Origin: an uncultured Thermoplasmata archaeon
GTDB lineage: Archaea > Thermoplasmatota > Thermoplasmata > Lutacidiplasmatales > UBA184
Assembly: GCA_963696985.1 (NCBI GenBank)
Contig: CAVOMG010000001.1
Coordinates: 455,807-519,806 of the forward strand
DNA length: 64,000 bases
Direction: 5' to 3'
This document shows, in pieces, positions 53,798-63,253 of the stretch. The number at the start of each line of letters is the position of its first letter. Position 1 is the stretch's first letter. A program made the translations under genes and the position numbers. Below the pieces are notes generated by a model, which was not told the origin of the DNA, ran no database searches, and saw only the letters and a program-made list of their open reading frames with translations.

Positions 53798-55578
53798 GGA
53801 GTGCTCCTCAGGAACCACTGGTCGAGGCGGCGACGGTCGAGCCGGACCAGGATCGGCCGTCCGTGGGGGCACGCATACGCGGCGTCGGGCAACCGGTAGA
53901 GAGCGTCGAGGATCCGTCCCATCTCCTCGGCCCGGATCTCATCACCCCCCCGGACCGCGGCGTGGCAGGCGATCGAGGCCGCCCGACGATCGACCCAATC
54001 CGTCGGCGCAGAACCCCGCCCTCCGTCGGCGATCTCGTCGAGGAGGCCCGGAAGGGCTTCGGCCCGGGCGAGGTGGCCGCGATAGACCGGGGTGCTCGCG
54101 ACCCGATAGGCCGAGCCGCCGAACGGCTCCACCTCGAACCCACCGGCCTCGATCTCCGAACGGTTCGCCTTCCATGCGGCCGCCTGCCGGGCCGTCAGCG
54201 AGACGGTCGTCGGCTGCACCAAGGTCTGGCGGGCGAGCCGCCCATCCGAGCGCAGCGCCTCGTAGACGACCCGTTCGCTGGCGGCGTGCTGGTCGACGAG
54301 GACCAGCGCGTCGTCGGATTCGGCGACCCAGTAGAGGCGGAAGAGCGAGCCCAGGAGCTTCAAGCGGGGGTGCCCGAGGGCCGGAGGTACGCTGCGGGGG
54401 CCCTCGAGTTCCCCGAGCCGGGTGATCGCGGTCCGACGCGCCGGCGTCGTCGCCCCGGCGGCGTGGCCGGCGAGGGTCGACGCGACCGGCGCGGTCGACG
54501 GGGCTGACGGGACGGTGGGTGGGTAGAACGGTCGGATCGGACGCGGACCGATCTCGGCGGCCCCCGCGCCCGCTTGCAGGGTGGCCCGGACCGCCCGACG
54601 GAGCCCCTCGGCGACCTCCCGCTCCCGGGCGATCCTCACCTCCCGCTTCGTCGGGTGGACGTTGACATCGACCCGGGCCGGGTCGACCTCGAGGTGGACG
54701 GCCCCCACCGGGTACCGGCCCTTCGGAAGGTAATCGTCGTAGGCGAGCCGGATCGAAGCCTGGAGCGGTCGAGACTGGACGATCCGTCCGTTGACGGAGA
54801 GATAGAGCGCCCCGAAGCTCGAACGCGAGAGGGTGGGGCGCCCGAGGACGAACGACGCCAAGAGGCCGGCCGGACCGAGGGGGACCGACCGGCCCTCGAG
54901 CGGCTGGTCGAAGAGCTCCTCGCCGATCACCCGGACCGCCGCGTCGGCGAGGGCCCCGGTCCGAGGGTATCGGGCGAGCTCCTCGTCCTCCGCGGCGAGC
55001 GTCAGGGCCACGCCGGGGCGAGCCAGGTAGAGGGCGCCCACGAGGCGGGCGATCTCGACCTGTTCGGCCGGAGCGCCGCGCAGGAACTTTCGACGCGCCG
55101 GGGTGTTGAAGAAGAGGTCGCGGACCTCGACGGTCGTCCCCGGGGGGCGCCCTTCGACGAACTCCTCGACCCGCGCGTCGCCGCCGAGGCGGACCCCGTG
55201 GGCGGCGTCGGACCCGGGGAGGCGGGAAAGAATCGTGAGGTGGCTCACCGAAGCGATCGAGGCGAGCGCTTCGCCGCGGAACCCCAGGGTCCGGATCTCC
55301 TCGAGCTCGTTCGCCTCGACGAGCTTGCTCGTCGCGTGGCGCTCCACCGCGAGCGGGAGCTCGGCGGGAGGGATCCCGACGCCGTCGTCGGAGACCCGGA
55401 TCCGGTCGATCCCGCCCCCCCATACCTCGATCCGCACCTCGGAGGCGCCCGCATCGTAAGCGTTCTCGACGAGCTCCTTCACCACCGAAGCCGGGCCTTC
55501 GACGACCTCCCCCGCGGCGATCCGGGCGACCGTCGCCGGTTCGAGCCTTCGGATCGCCCTCCGAGCCGTCCCGCTCAT
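53794..55578 (-). CDS. mutL: DNA mismatch repair protein MutL (endonuclease type)
   Basis: IAAGEVVE, KELVENAYDAGA, GFRGEAL, VDVNVHPTK, DQHAASERVVYE, ACH and CPHGRP. Confidence 0.96.
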   Translation of the reverse strand: MSGTARRAIRRLEPATVARIAAGEVVEGPASVVKELVENAYDAGASEVRIEVWGGGIDRIRVSDDGVGIPPAELPLAVERHATSKLVEANELEEIRTLGFRGEALASIASVSHLTILSRLPGSDAAHGVRLGGDARVEEFVEGRPPGTTVEVRDLFFNTPARRKFLRGAPAEQVEIARLVGALYLARPGVALTLAAEDEELARYPRTGALADAAVRVIGEELFDQPLEGRSVPLGPAGLLASFVLGRPTLSRSSFGALYLSVNGRIVQSRPLQASIRLAYDDYLPKGRYPVGAVHLEVDPARVDVNVHPTKREVRIAREREVAEGLRRAVRATLQAGAGAAEIGPRPIRPFYPPTVPSAPSTAPVASTLAGHAAGATTPARRTAITRLGELEGPRSVPPALGHPRLKLLGSLFRLYWVAESDDALVLVDQHAASERVVYEALRSDGRLARQTLVQPTTVSLTARQAAAWKANRSEIEAGGFEVEPFGGSAYRVASTPVYRGHLARAEALPGLLDEIADGGRGSAPTDWVDRRAASIACHAAVRGGDEIRAEEMGRILDALYRLPDAAYACPHGRPILVRLDRRRLDQWFLRSTP

Positions 55579-58203
55579 TCTGTACCCTCCGGGGGCGGGG
55601 GCGATCCGAGGCGGCGGCGCGCGTCGGCGAGCCAGCGGAGCGCGTCCTCCGGAGAGAGCCGATCGAGGTCGAGCGCCCGCAGCTCGCCTTCGATCGGATG
55701 GGGCGCGTTCTCGCCCCCCGGGAGGAGGATCGCCTGAGTGTACCGGGGGGCGCCGCTCTTCCGTCGCGCGGGTCCCGTAAGGTTCGGGCCGCCCTCCTCG
55801 AGTCGCTTGAGGGTGGCCTCCGCCTCATCGAGCAGGGGACCCGGGAGGCCGGCGAGCCGGGCGACATGGATGCCGTAGCTTCGGTCCGTGCTCCCCGGCA
55901 CGACGCGGTGGAGGAACACCACCTCGCCGCCGGTCTCCTGGACCGCGAGGTGAGCATTGCGGGCGCCGGCGAGCCCGCCGACGAGCTCGGTGAGCTGGTG
56001 GTAGTGCGTCGCGAGCATCGTCCGGCAGCGGACCGTATCGTGCAGGTACCGGAGCGTGGCCCACGCGAGCGCGAGCCCGTCGAACGTGCTCGTGCCGCGG
56101 CCGACTTCGTCGAGCAGGACGAGCGACCGGTCGTCGGCCCCACCGAGGATCTCGGCGACCTCGCTCATCTCGACCATGAAGCTCGACTTGCCGCGCCCAA
56201 TCTCGTCCGTGAACCCCATGCGGGTGAAGAGGCCCGAGACGACGCCGAGGCGGGCGTACTTCGCCGGAACGAACGCCCCGGCCTGGGCGAGCACCACGAT
56301 CAGCCCCACCTCCCGCATGTACGTGGATTTCCCGGACATGTTGGGGCCGGTGAGTACCAGCAGCCGCGCCCCGGCGGCGTCGAGTTCCACGTCGTTCGGG
56401 ACGAACTGCCCCGAGAGGGTGCGGTCGAGGACCGCATGGCGGCCGTCCCGCACCACGAGGACCCGAGAGTCGTCCACGACCGGGCGGACGTGGCCCCGCT
56501 CGATCGCGACCCAGGCGAGCGCCACGAGGGTATCGAGCTCGCCGACCGCCCGGGCGAGCCGGTAGACCGCCGGGACATGGACCTCGACCTCGCCGAGGAA
56601 TCGCTCCCACGCCTCGGATTCGACGCGGCGGGTCTCCTCCCGGGCCCGAAGGATCCGGCCTTCGAGCTCCTCGAGCCGGTCGGAGGTGAACCGCTCTCCG
56701 CCCGAGAGCGTCTGCTTGCGCCTGAGGTGGCCCGGGACCTTCGCGAGGTTCGGCCGGGAGACCTCGAAGTAGTAGCCGAAGACCTGGTTGTATCCGATCT
56801 TCATCGTGCGGATTCCGCTCGCCTCCTGTTCGGACCGTTCGAGGCCCTCGAGCTCCGTGAGGCCGCCGCGCTCTTCCTCGCGGAGAGCATCGAACTCCCT
56901 CGAGTAGCCCGGGCGGAACCGCTCGGAGATCTCCGGTTCCGCGCCGGTCGATTCGGGCAGGGCCGATCGGAGGAGCTCGAGGAGGCCGGGCGGAGGGACG
57001 AGCCGCCTCCGGAGATCCTCGAGGCGCCCGGGGGTGAGCGGGGCCGGAGCCCAACGGTCCGCGAGGCGGCCGACCGCTTCGAGGCTCTCCCGGAGCGCGC
57101 TGAGCTCGCTCGGTCGGAGGCGTCGGCTCGCGAGGCGGGCCGAGATCCGGGCGACGTCCGAGATGTTCCCGAGCTCCCGTCGCCAGGCGAGCAGCTCCGC
57201 CCCCCGGCTCGCGAGCCATTCGACCGCGTCCTGGCGTTCGCGGATCGCCTCGACCTCAGCGAGCGGGTGCTTGAGCCAGAGCGCGATCGTGCGATGACCC
57301 GGGGCCGTGACGGTCGCATCCCACGTCCCGATCAGGGTCGGACCGTTCGGGTCGTCGGGGTTCATCGGACGCGCGATTTCGAGGTGCCGGAGTGTCTTCG
57401 CATCGAGTAGGAGGCGGGCCGGGGCCCGGCCCGGCTCCACCGGCTCGAGATAGGGAAGGAGGCGGGGTTGGGTCGATTGGACGTAGCGCGCCAGCCGGAG
57501 GTCGGCCTCGAGCTCTCCCTCCGACCCCTCGAGCGCTAGGCCCTTCGGCAGATCGGATCGCGTGAGCGGCGCTGGGGCCGGCTCGATCCGGATCCTCGGG
57601 AACTCACGGCGGAGCGCACGGACCACCACGTCCGAGACTCCCGACGGGCCCTCGACGGAGAGCAGCGTCTCCCGGGGCGAGTACGGCGCGAGCGCGGCGG
57701 TCGCGCCTTCGGGGCCGCCCAGGCGAGCCGACCCCCGGTACCACTCGCCGGTGGTCACATCCACCGCCGCGAACCGGACTGGAGCGCCGGAGCGCAGGAC
57801 CAAGCTCGCGAGGAAGTTGCTCTCGGGCCCGGGGAGGATCCGGTCCTCGACCACGGTTCCCGGGGTGACGACCCGAGTGACCTCCCGCCGGACGAGGCCC
57901 TTCGCGAATCGGGCGTCCTCGACCTGGTCGCAGAGCGCGACCTTGTACCCTTTCTCGACGAGGCGGCCGAGATAGACATCGACGGCATGGTGAGGGACCC
58001 CGGCCATCGGTGTCCGCACCCCGCGGGCGTCCGGAGATCGGGCGGTCAGGACGACGTCGAGCTCCTTGGCGACGAGCCTCGCGTCATCGCCGAACGTCTC
58101 GAAGAAATCGCCGACCCGGAACAGCACGAGGTGGCCCGGGTAGCGCGCCTTGACCCCCTCGGTACTGTTCCATCAGCGGGGTCGAAGCGGCGGCGTCCGT
58201 CAT
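55575..58203 (-). CDS. mutS: DNA mismatch repair protein MutS (MutS1); frameshift ~58157
   Basis: Repaired start [35 protein letters not shown] (Phe-X-Glu); TGPNMSGKST, LDEVGRGTST, ATHYHQL and SYGIHVA. Confidence 0.96.
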
Positions 58204-58313
58204 CGGGAGGAGGACGAGCGAGCCCCGGATAATAAGCCGGGGGAACGCGCGCCCAGCAAAGCCACCTCCGGACCGGCGAATCCCAACATCGGGCCGGCGG
58301 CGCCGGAGGAAGG

Positions 58314-58400
58314 TGGCGCTGAGGGGGAGATTTGAACTCCCGGGGCGTTGCCGCCACCAGCTTTCAAGGCTGGCGCCTTTCCGGGCTAGGCTACCTCAGC
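58314..58400 (-). tRNA. tRNA-Ser(UGA), intronless, CCA encoded
   Basis: GCTGAGG/CCTCAGC acceptor stem; CCAGC CTTGAAA GCTGG anticodon arm; long variable arm; T-loop TTCAAAT. Confidence 0.96.
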
Positions 58401-58455
58401 ACCGGGGTCCCGAGGGCGGGCCGCCCTGAAAAATTCGTCGGTCCCGGAGGGGGGA

Positions 58456-58556
58456 TGCAGGCGCCGGGAGTTCCGCCCGCAGGTCAGCCCTGCCGGGGTT
58501 TCGAACCCGGGTGGTCAGCTTGGAAGGCTGACATCCTACCGCTAGATTACACCTGC
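58456..58556 (-). tRNA. tRNA-Gly(UCC) with a 30-nt intron at 59/60
   Basis: Removing 58470-58499 gives 71 nt: GCAGGTG TA ATCT AGCGGTA GGAT G TCAGC CTTCCAA GCTGA CCAC CCGGG TTCGAAT CCCGG CGCCTGC A. Confidence 0.95.
58470..58499 (-). other. 30-nt tRNA intron at 59/60 (strict hBHBh')
   Basis: CCGGG-TTCG-AA^A-CCC..GCAGG GCTGA CCTGC GGG-CGGA-AC^T-CCCGG. Confidence 0.92.
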
Positions 58557-58597
58557 ACCCGTCGGTCTAGGGCGGACGGGGCCACGCGGCGGTGGGC

Positions 58598-59209
58598 CTA
58601 AGAAGCTTTGGCCCGAGGAGGGCGCGGCGGCCGGTCGGCGCCCTTCCCGGGCTCCGGGCGATCGGTCGCGTTGGGAGCGCTCAGCTCGAGCAGGGCGACC
58701 CGCTCGAGGACGAGCCCCTCCCACTGGGCTTCGGGAACGAGCGCGCGCTCGGACTCGGTGATCCCCAGGCGCTCGAGCAGGGCGACGTCCGCGGCCCTCG
58801 GGTAGACCTCGGGGGCCTCGACGAGTCCCCACGCCTCGAGGAGCTCCCCGGGCGCCCGAGCGCGTTCGCCCACCAGGACGAACGCCTCGGTGTCCGGTTG
58901 GACCCCGACCTTGGTGAGCGCCCTCGGGAGCTGGTCGTCCCCGGCGACGAAAAGGAGGAACTCCGCGCCCCGTTCTCGGAGCCGGAGCTGGCCGCGTTCC
59001 CGGGCGCGTCCGAGGTGCGCCCAGGCCGAGAGGAGGTGGCGCGGCCCGAGGACCCCCCGCGCATCGAGGAGGGCGACCAAGGCCTCGCTCGATCGGGACG
59101 ACTCCCGGACCTTCGTCACGAGCTCGGGCGCCGTCGGTCGCCCGGGGGTGCGACGGCGGGCGCCGACGGCCCAGATCGGGAGCCGGTCCTCCGGAGGCAA
59201 CGGAGCCAT
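58598..59209 (-). CDS. cgi121: KEOPS complex subunit Cgi121
   Basis: LLDARGVLGPRHLLSA, EFLLFVAGDDQLPRALTKVGV, LGIT and VLERVALL. Confidence 0.85.
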   Translation of the reverse strand: MAPLPPEDRLPIWAVGARRRTPGRPTAPELVTKVRESSRSSEALVALLDARGVLGPRHLLSAWAHLGRARERGQLRLRERGAEFLLFVAGDDQLPRALTKVGVQPDTEAFVLVGERARAPGELLEAWGLVEAPEVYPRAADVALLERLGITESERALVPEAQWEGLVLERVALLELSAPNATDRPEPGKGADRPPRPPRAKAS

Positions 59210-59213
59210 ACGT

Positions 59214-59825
59214 TCACTCCCGAAGGAACCGGATGAACTCCTCCCGCGTGCGCGGTCGGAGGACGTAGTTCTCGCGCTTCTCTCGGCCGATCGTCGAGGT
59301 GGGGGTCCGACCGTAGTTGTGGCCGGGGAGGACGACGAGCCCGTCGTCGAGGCGGACCACCCGACCGAAGAGACTATCGTACATCTTCGACGGGTCGCCC
59401 CCCGGCAGGTCCGTCCGACCGCACTCGCCGACGAAGAGCGTATCGCCCGTGGCGACGTTCCCCTCGAAGACGTAGAGGACCGAGTCCTCGGTGTGGCCCG
59501 GCGTGTAGGCGACCTCGACCTTGAGGCGGCCCGCGTCGATCGTCTCCCCGTCCGAGACCGAGCGGTCCTGGCCGAGCGGGGCGGTCCGGTAGGCGGCGAC
59601 CTTCGCCCCGGTCCGGTCGCGAACGTCGCGGTTCCCGGCGACGTGGTCGGGGTGACTGTGGGTGTTGAGGATCCAGCGGACCTTCACGTGGCGGTCGTCG
59701 ATCGCCCGGAGCACCGGTTCGACCCCAAACGATGGGTCGATCACCACTCCCTCGCCCCCCTCCGCATCGGCGACGAGGTAGGTGAAGTTCTGGTACGGGC
59801 CGATCTCGAACTGCTGCAGGAGCAT
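59214..59825 (-). CDS. MBL-fold metallo-hydrolase (glyoxalase II/ETHE1-like)
   Basis: THSHPDH, TPGHT, TGDTLF, GRTDLPGG and LPGHNYG. Confidence 0.9.
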   Translation of the reverse strand: MLLQQFEIGPYQNFTYLVADAEGGEGVVIDPSFGVEPVLRAIDDRHVKVRWILNTHSHPDHVAGNRDVRDRTGAKVAAYRTAPLGQDRSVSDGETIDAGRLKVEVAYTPGHTEDSVLYVFEGNVATGDTLFVGECGRTDLPGGDPSKMYDSLFGRVVRLDDGLVVLPGHNYGRTPTSTIGREKRENYVLRPRTREEFIRFLRE

Positions 59826-59864
59826 TCAGGCGCGCGAGGCGGGCGGTCTATTTGACGGGCCTCG

Positions 59865-60782
59865 TCAGGCGTCGGGCAGATCGCCCTCGCCGGGGAGTCG
59901 GCGGGCGCCGGTGACCGCGTCGAGCACGACCCGACCCTCCCGACCTTCCCCGTACCAGTACGGCACGTGGACGAGGGCGGGGGTCCCGATCCGAAGGTCC
60001 GCCGGGCCCGGCGCGACCCGGCGGCGCTCGATGATGATCGTCCCGCCGTGCTGCTCCGTGTGGTCGACGCTCACGGTGTGGCGGCGCCGGAGCGCCTCTT
60101 CAGCGGCCGAGATCGCCATCGGCTCGGTGAGGACGGGGGCGAGCTTTGCGGACGGATCGAGCGGATCGGTCGAGATCTCCCGCTCGTCGGCCTCCCACAC
60201 CTCGACACGACCGGAGAGCGCATTGACCGCGACGAAATGCTCGGTCGGGAGCCCGGGACTCCCTTGGGCGGTCGCGATCCGGACCCGGTAGGGCGCGACG
60301 TAGAACGGCACGAGCCTAAGCGTGTATCGGAGGCCGTCGACCCCCGAGATCGCCTCCGCATCGGTCCGTCCGAGCCGGGAGCGGACGGAGAGGTCTCCGC
60401 CCGGAAGGACTTGGGTCGGAGGCTCGAGGGGATGGCTCGGGGGCTCGATCTCGACGGTTTGGGCCGGACCCGGCCCCGGTAGGAGGAGCTCTCCGAGTGC
60501 CGGGCCGAGCGAGGAGGCGTCTAGGATCTCGATCCCCCGGTTCGAGGCGAGCTCCCGGGCGATCGTCCCGGGATCCTCGCTGTAGACGAGGCTCTTGTGG
60601 ACCATGTCGGGGGGGAGTTCCGATTCGACCTCGGAGGGCGAGCGGAGCCCGTCGACCAAGAAGACGACTCGGCGATCCCCACCTCGCACCGCAAGCAAGC
60701 CCGATCGGCGCTCCTCGAGCCGGTAGCCGGCGGCGTCGAGCAACCTCCGAAGGATCGGCGTGTCGGAGGCTACGGGGGCCAT
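59865..60782 (-). CDS. Hypothetical protein (305 aa)
   Basis: Fills the gap between the MBL gene and the cdc48 promoter; normal globular composition; no motif recognised with confidence. Confidence 0.7.
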   Translation of the reverse strand: MAPVASDTPILRRLLDAAGYRLEERRSGLLAVRGGDRRVVFLVDGLRSPSEVESELPPDMVHKSLVYSEDPGTIARELASNRGIEILDASSLGPALGELLLPGPGPAQTVEIEPPSHPLEPPTQVLPGGDLSVRSRLGRTDAEAISGVDGLRYTLRLVPFYVAPYRVRIATAQGSPGLPTEHFVAVNALSGRVEVWEADEREISTDPLDPSAKLAPVLTEPMAISAAEEALRRRHTVSVDHTEQHGGTIIIERRRVAPGPADLRIGTPALVHVPYWYGEGREGRVVLDAVTGARRLPGEGDLPDA

Positions 60783-60900
60783 CGTCGGGCGACGAAGCGG
60801 GTCGGGGTTATCTGGCTATCGTCGGCCCGACGGCCGTCAGGGCGGGTAGGGCGCGAGGGGTCCCGGTTTGCCCCCCGGGTTGGCGAGGCTCGGCCAACGC

Positions 60901-60907
60901 CTTTATC
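60901..60907 (+). promoter_or_regulatory. Candidate TATA box (CTTTATC) for a leaderless cdc48 transcript
   Basis: About 30 nt upstream of the ATG at 60935. Confidence 0.55.
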
Positions 60908-60934
60908 CCGGCCCGCGGTGGTCGCGGCCGATAG

Positions 60935-63158
60935 ATGGGGGAAGCGATCACCCTCCGGGTCGCCGAGGCGTTCCAGCAGGACATCGGCCTCGGGACGGCC
61001 CGCCTCGACGTCGGGACCCGACAGCGCCTGAAGGTCGGGGTCGGCGACATCGTCGAGATCAAGGGCCGAAAGGTGACCGCGGCGGTCGTCAACCGGGCCC
61101 AGCAAGAGGACGAGGGGAAGAGCCTCGTCCGGGTCGAGGCGGTCGTCCGGAGGAACGCCGGGGTCAGCATCGGCGACCGGGTCATCGTCCAGCGGATCGA
61201 CTGCCCGATCGCCGAGGCGATCACCATCGCGCCGATCTACTCGGGCTCCGCGAAGATGGACCTCGGTCCCGGGCTCGAGGCGTTCGTCTCGAAGGCGCTC
61301 TCCCGTCGTCCCTTCGTACGGGGGGACGTCTTCGTCATCCCGGGGGTCTTCCTGATGGGCGGCTCGCTGCCGTTCATGGTCGTCTCCTCGAACCCGAAGG
61401 GGACCGTCCAGGTCGGCCCGACCACCCTGATCACGATCAAGGACGAGACGGTCACCGAGACCGAGGTCACCGCGCCGCGGGTCTCCTACGAGGACATCGG
61501 GGGGCTCAAGGAGAAGCTCGGCCGGGTCCGGGAGATGATCGAGCTCCCCCTCAAGCACCCGGAACTCTTCGATCGGCTGGCGATCTCGCCCCCGAAGGGG
61601 GTCCTCCTCTACGGGCCGCCCGGGACCGGGAAGACCCTCATCGCCAAGGCCGTCGCCAACGAGGCCGGCGCCCACTTCATCGGGATCCAGGGCCCCGAGA
61701 TCATCTCGAAGTACTACGGGGAGAGCGAGAAGGAGCTCCGGGAGAAGTTCGAGGAAGCGGAGAAGAACGCCCCGTCGGTGATCTTCATCGACGAGCTCGA
61801 CTCGATCGCCCCCCGGCGGGACGAGGTGGTCGGCGAGGTCGAGCGGCGGGTCGTCGCCCAGCTCCTCACGCTCATGGACGGGCTCTCGGGACGCGGGAAC
61901 GTCATCGTCATCGCCGCGACGAACCGGGAGGAGGCGATCGACCCGGCGCTGCGCCGACCGGGCCGCTTTGACCGGGAGATCGAGATCGGGGTCCCGACCC
62001 TCGCGGGCCGCCTCGAGATCCTCCAGATCCACACCCGTGGGATGCCGATCGACGGCTCGGACAAGGAGCGGGAACGGATCCTCAAGGAGCTCGCCTCCTT
62101 GAGCCATGGCTTCGTCGGCGCCGACCTCTCCGCCCTCGCCCGGGAGGCCGCGATGCGCGCGCTCCGGCGCTATCTACCCGAGATCGACTTCGACAAGCCG
62201 ATCCCGTTGAGCCTCCTCGAGCGGATGAAGGTCACCGACCGCGACTTCCGCGAGGCGTTGAAGCAGATCGAACCCTCGAGCTTGCGCGACGTCGCCATCG
62301 AGATCCCCTCCACCCGTTGGGAGGAGGTCGGCGGCCTCGAGTCGGTCAAGCAGGCGCTCCGCGAGGCGGTCGAGCTCCCGTTCCGCAATCCTGCCGTCTA
62401 CCGAAACATGGGGATCGAACCCCCCCGAGGGATCCTCTTCTACGGGCCGCCGGGGGTCGGCAAGACCCTCCTCGCGAAGGCCGCGGCGACCGAGAGTCAG
62501 GCGAACTTCATCTCGATCAAGGGCCCCGAGATCATGAGCAAGTGGGTCGGGGACTCCGAGAAGGCGATCCGGATGATCTTCAAGAAGGCCCGTCAGGCCT
62601 CCCCGGCGATCGTCTTCATCGACGAGATCGACTCGATCGCTCCGAAGCGCGGGCTACAGACCTCGAGCGGGGTCACCGAGCGGATCGTCAACCAGCTGCT
62701 CACGTCGATCGACGGGCTCGAGGCCCTGGAGCGGGTCGTGGTGCTCGCCGCCACGAACCGGCCCGACATCCTCGACGAGGCGCTCCTGCGGACCGGTCGG
62801 TTCGACCGGCTCGATCTACGTGACCCCTCCGAACGCGAGCGGGCGGCTCGAGATCCTCAAGGTCCACACGCGCAAGATGCCCCTCGAAGACGTCCGGCTC
62901 GACGACATCGCGGTCCGGACCGAGGGGTACGTCGGGAGCGACCTCGCGGCGCTCTGCCGCGAGGCCGGCCTCGTCGCCATCCGGGAGAACGTCAAGGCTC
63001 AGAAGGTCACGATGGCCCATTTCGACGAGGCGCTCCGCCTGACCCACCCCTCGACCGACGCGGAGTCGCTCAAGTTCTACGAGGATTTCGCCCGACTCAT
63101 GCTCCGGGAGCGGCTCGGTCGACGACGGGAAGAGGCCGCCCAGGTCATCTATCGGTAG
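60935..63158 (+). CDS. cdc48: CDC48/VAT AAA+ ATPase; frameshift ~62814
   Basis: N-domain; two AAA modules [14 protein letters not shown] and [14 protein letters not shown]; RPGRFD and RTGRFD; joins ORF 62820..63158. Confidence 0.96.
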
Positions 63159-63253
63159 GGCGGATTCGATTCCGGCAAGCATTAAGTACCTGAGGCCAAG
63201 TTCGCCGCCGAGCTTCCTCAGAGGGGAGCCGCGCACGGGAGTCGTGAACAAGA

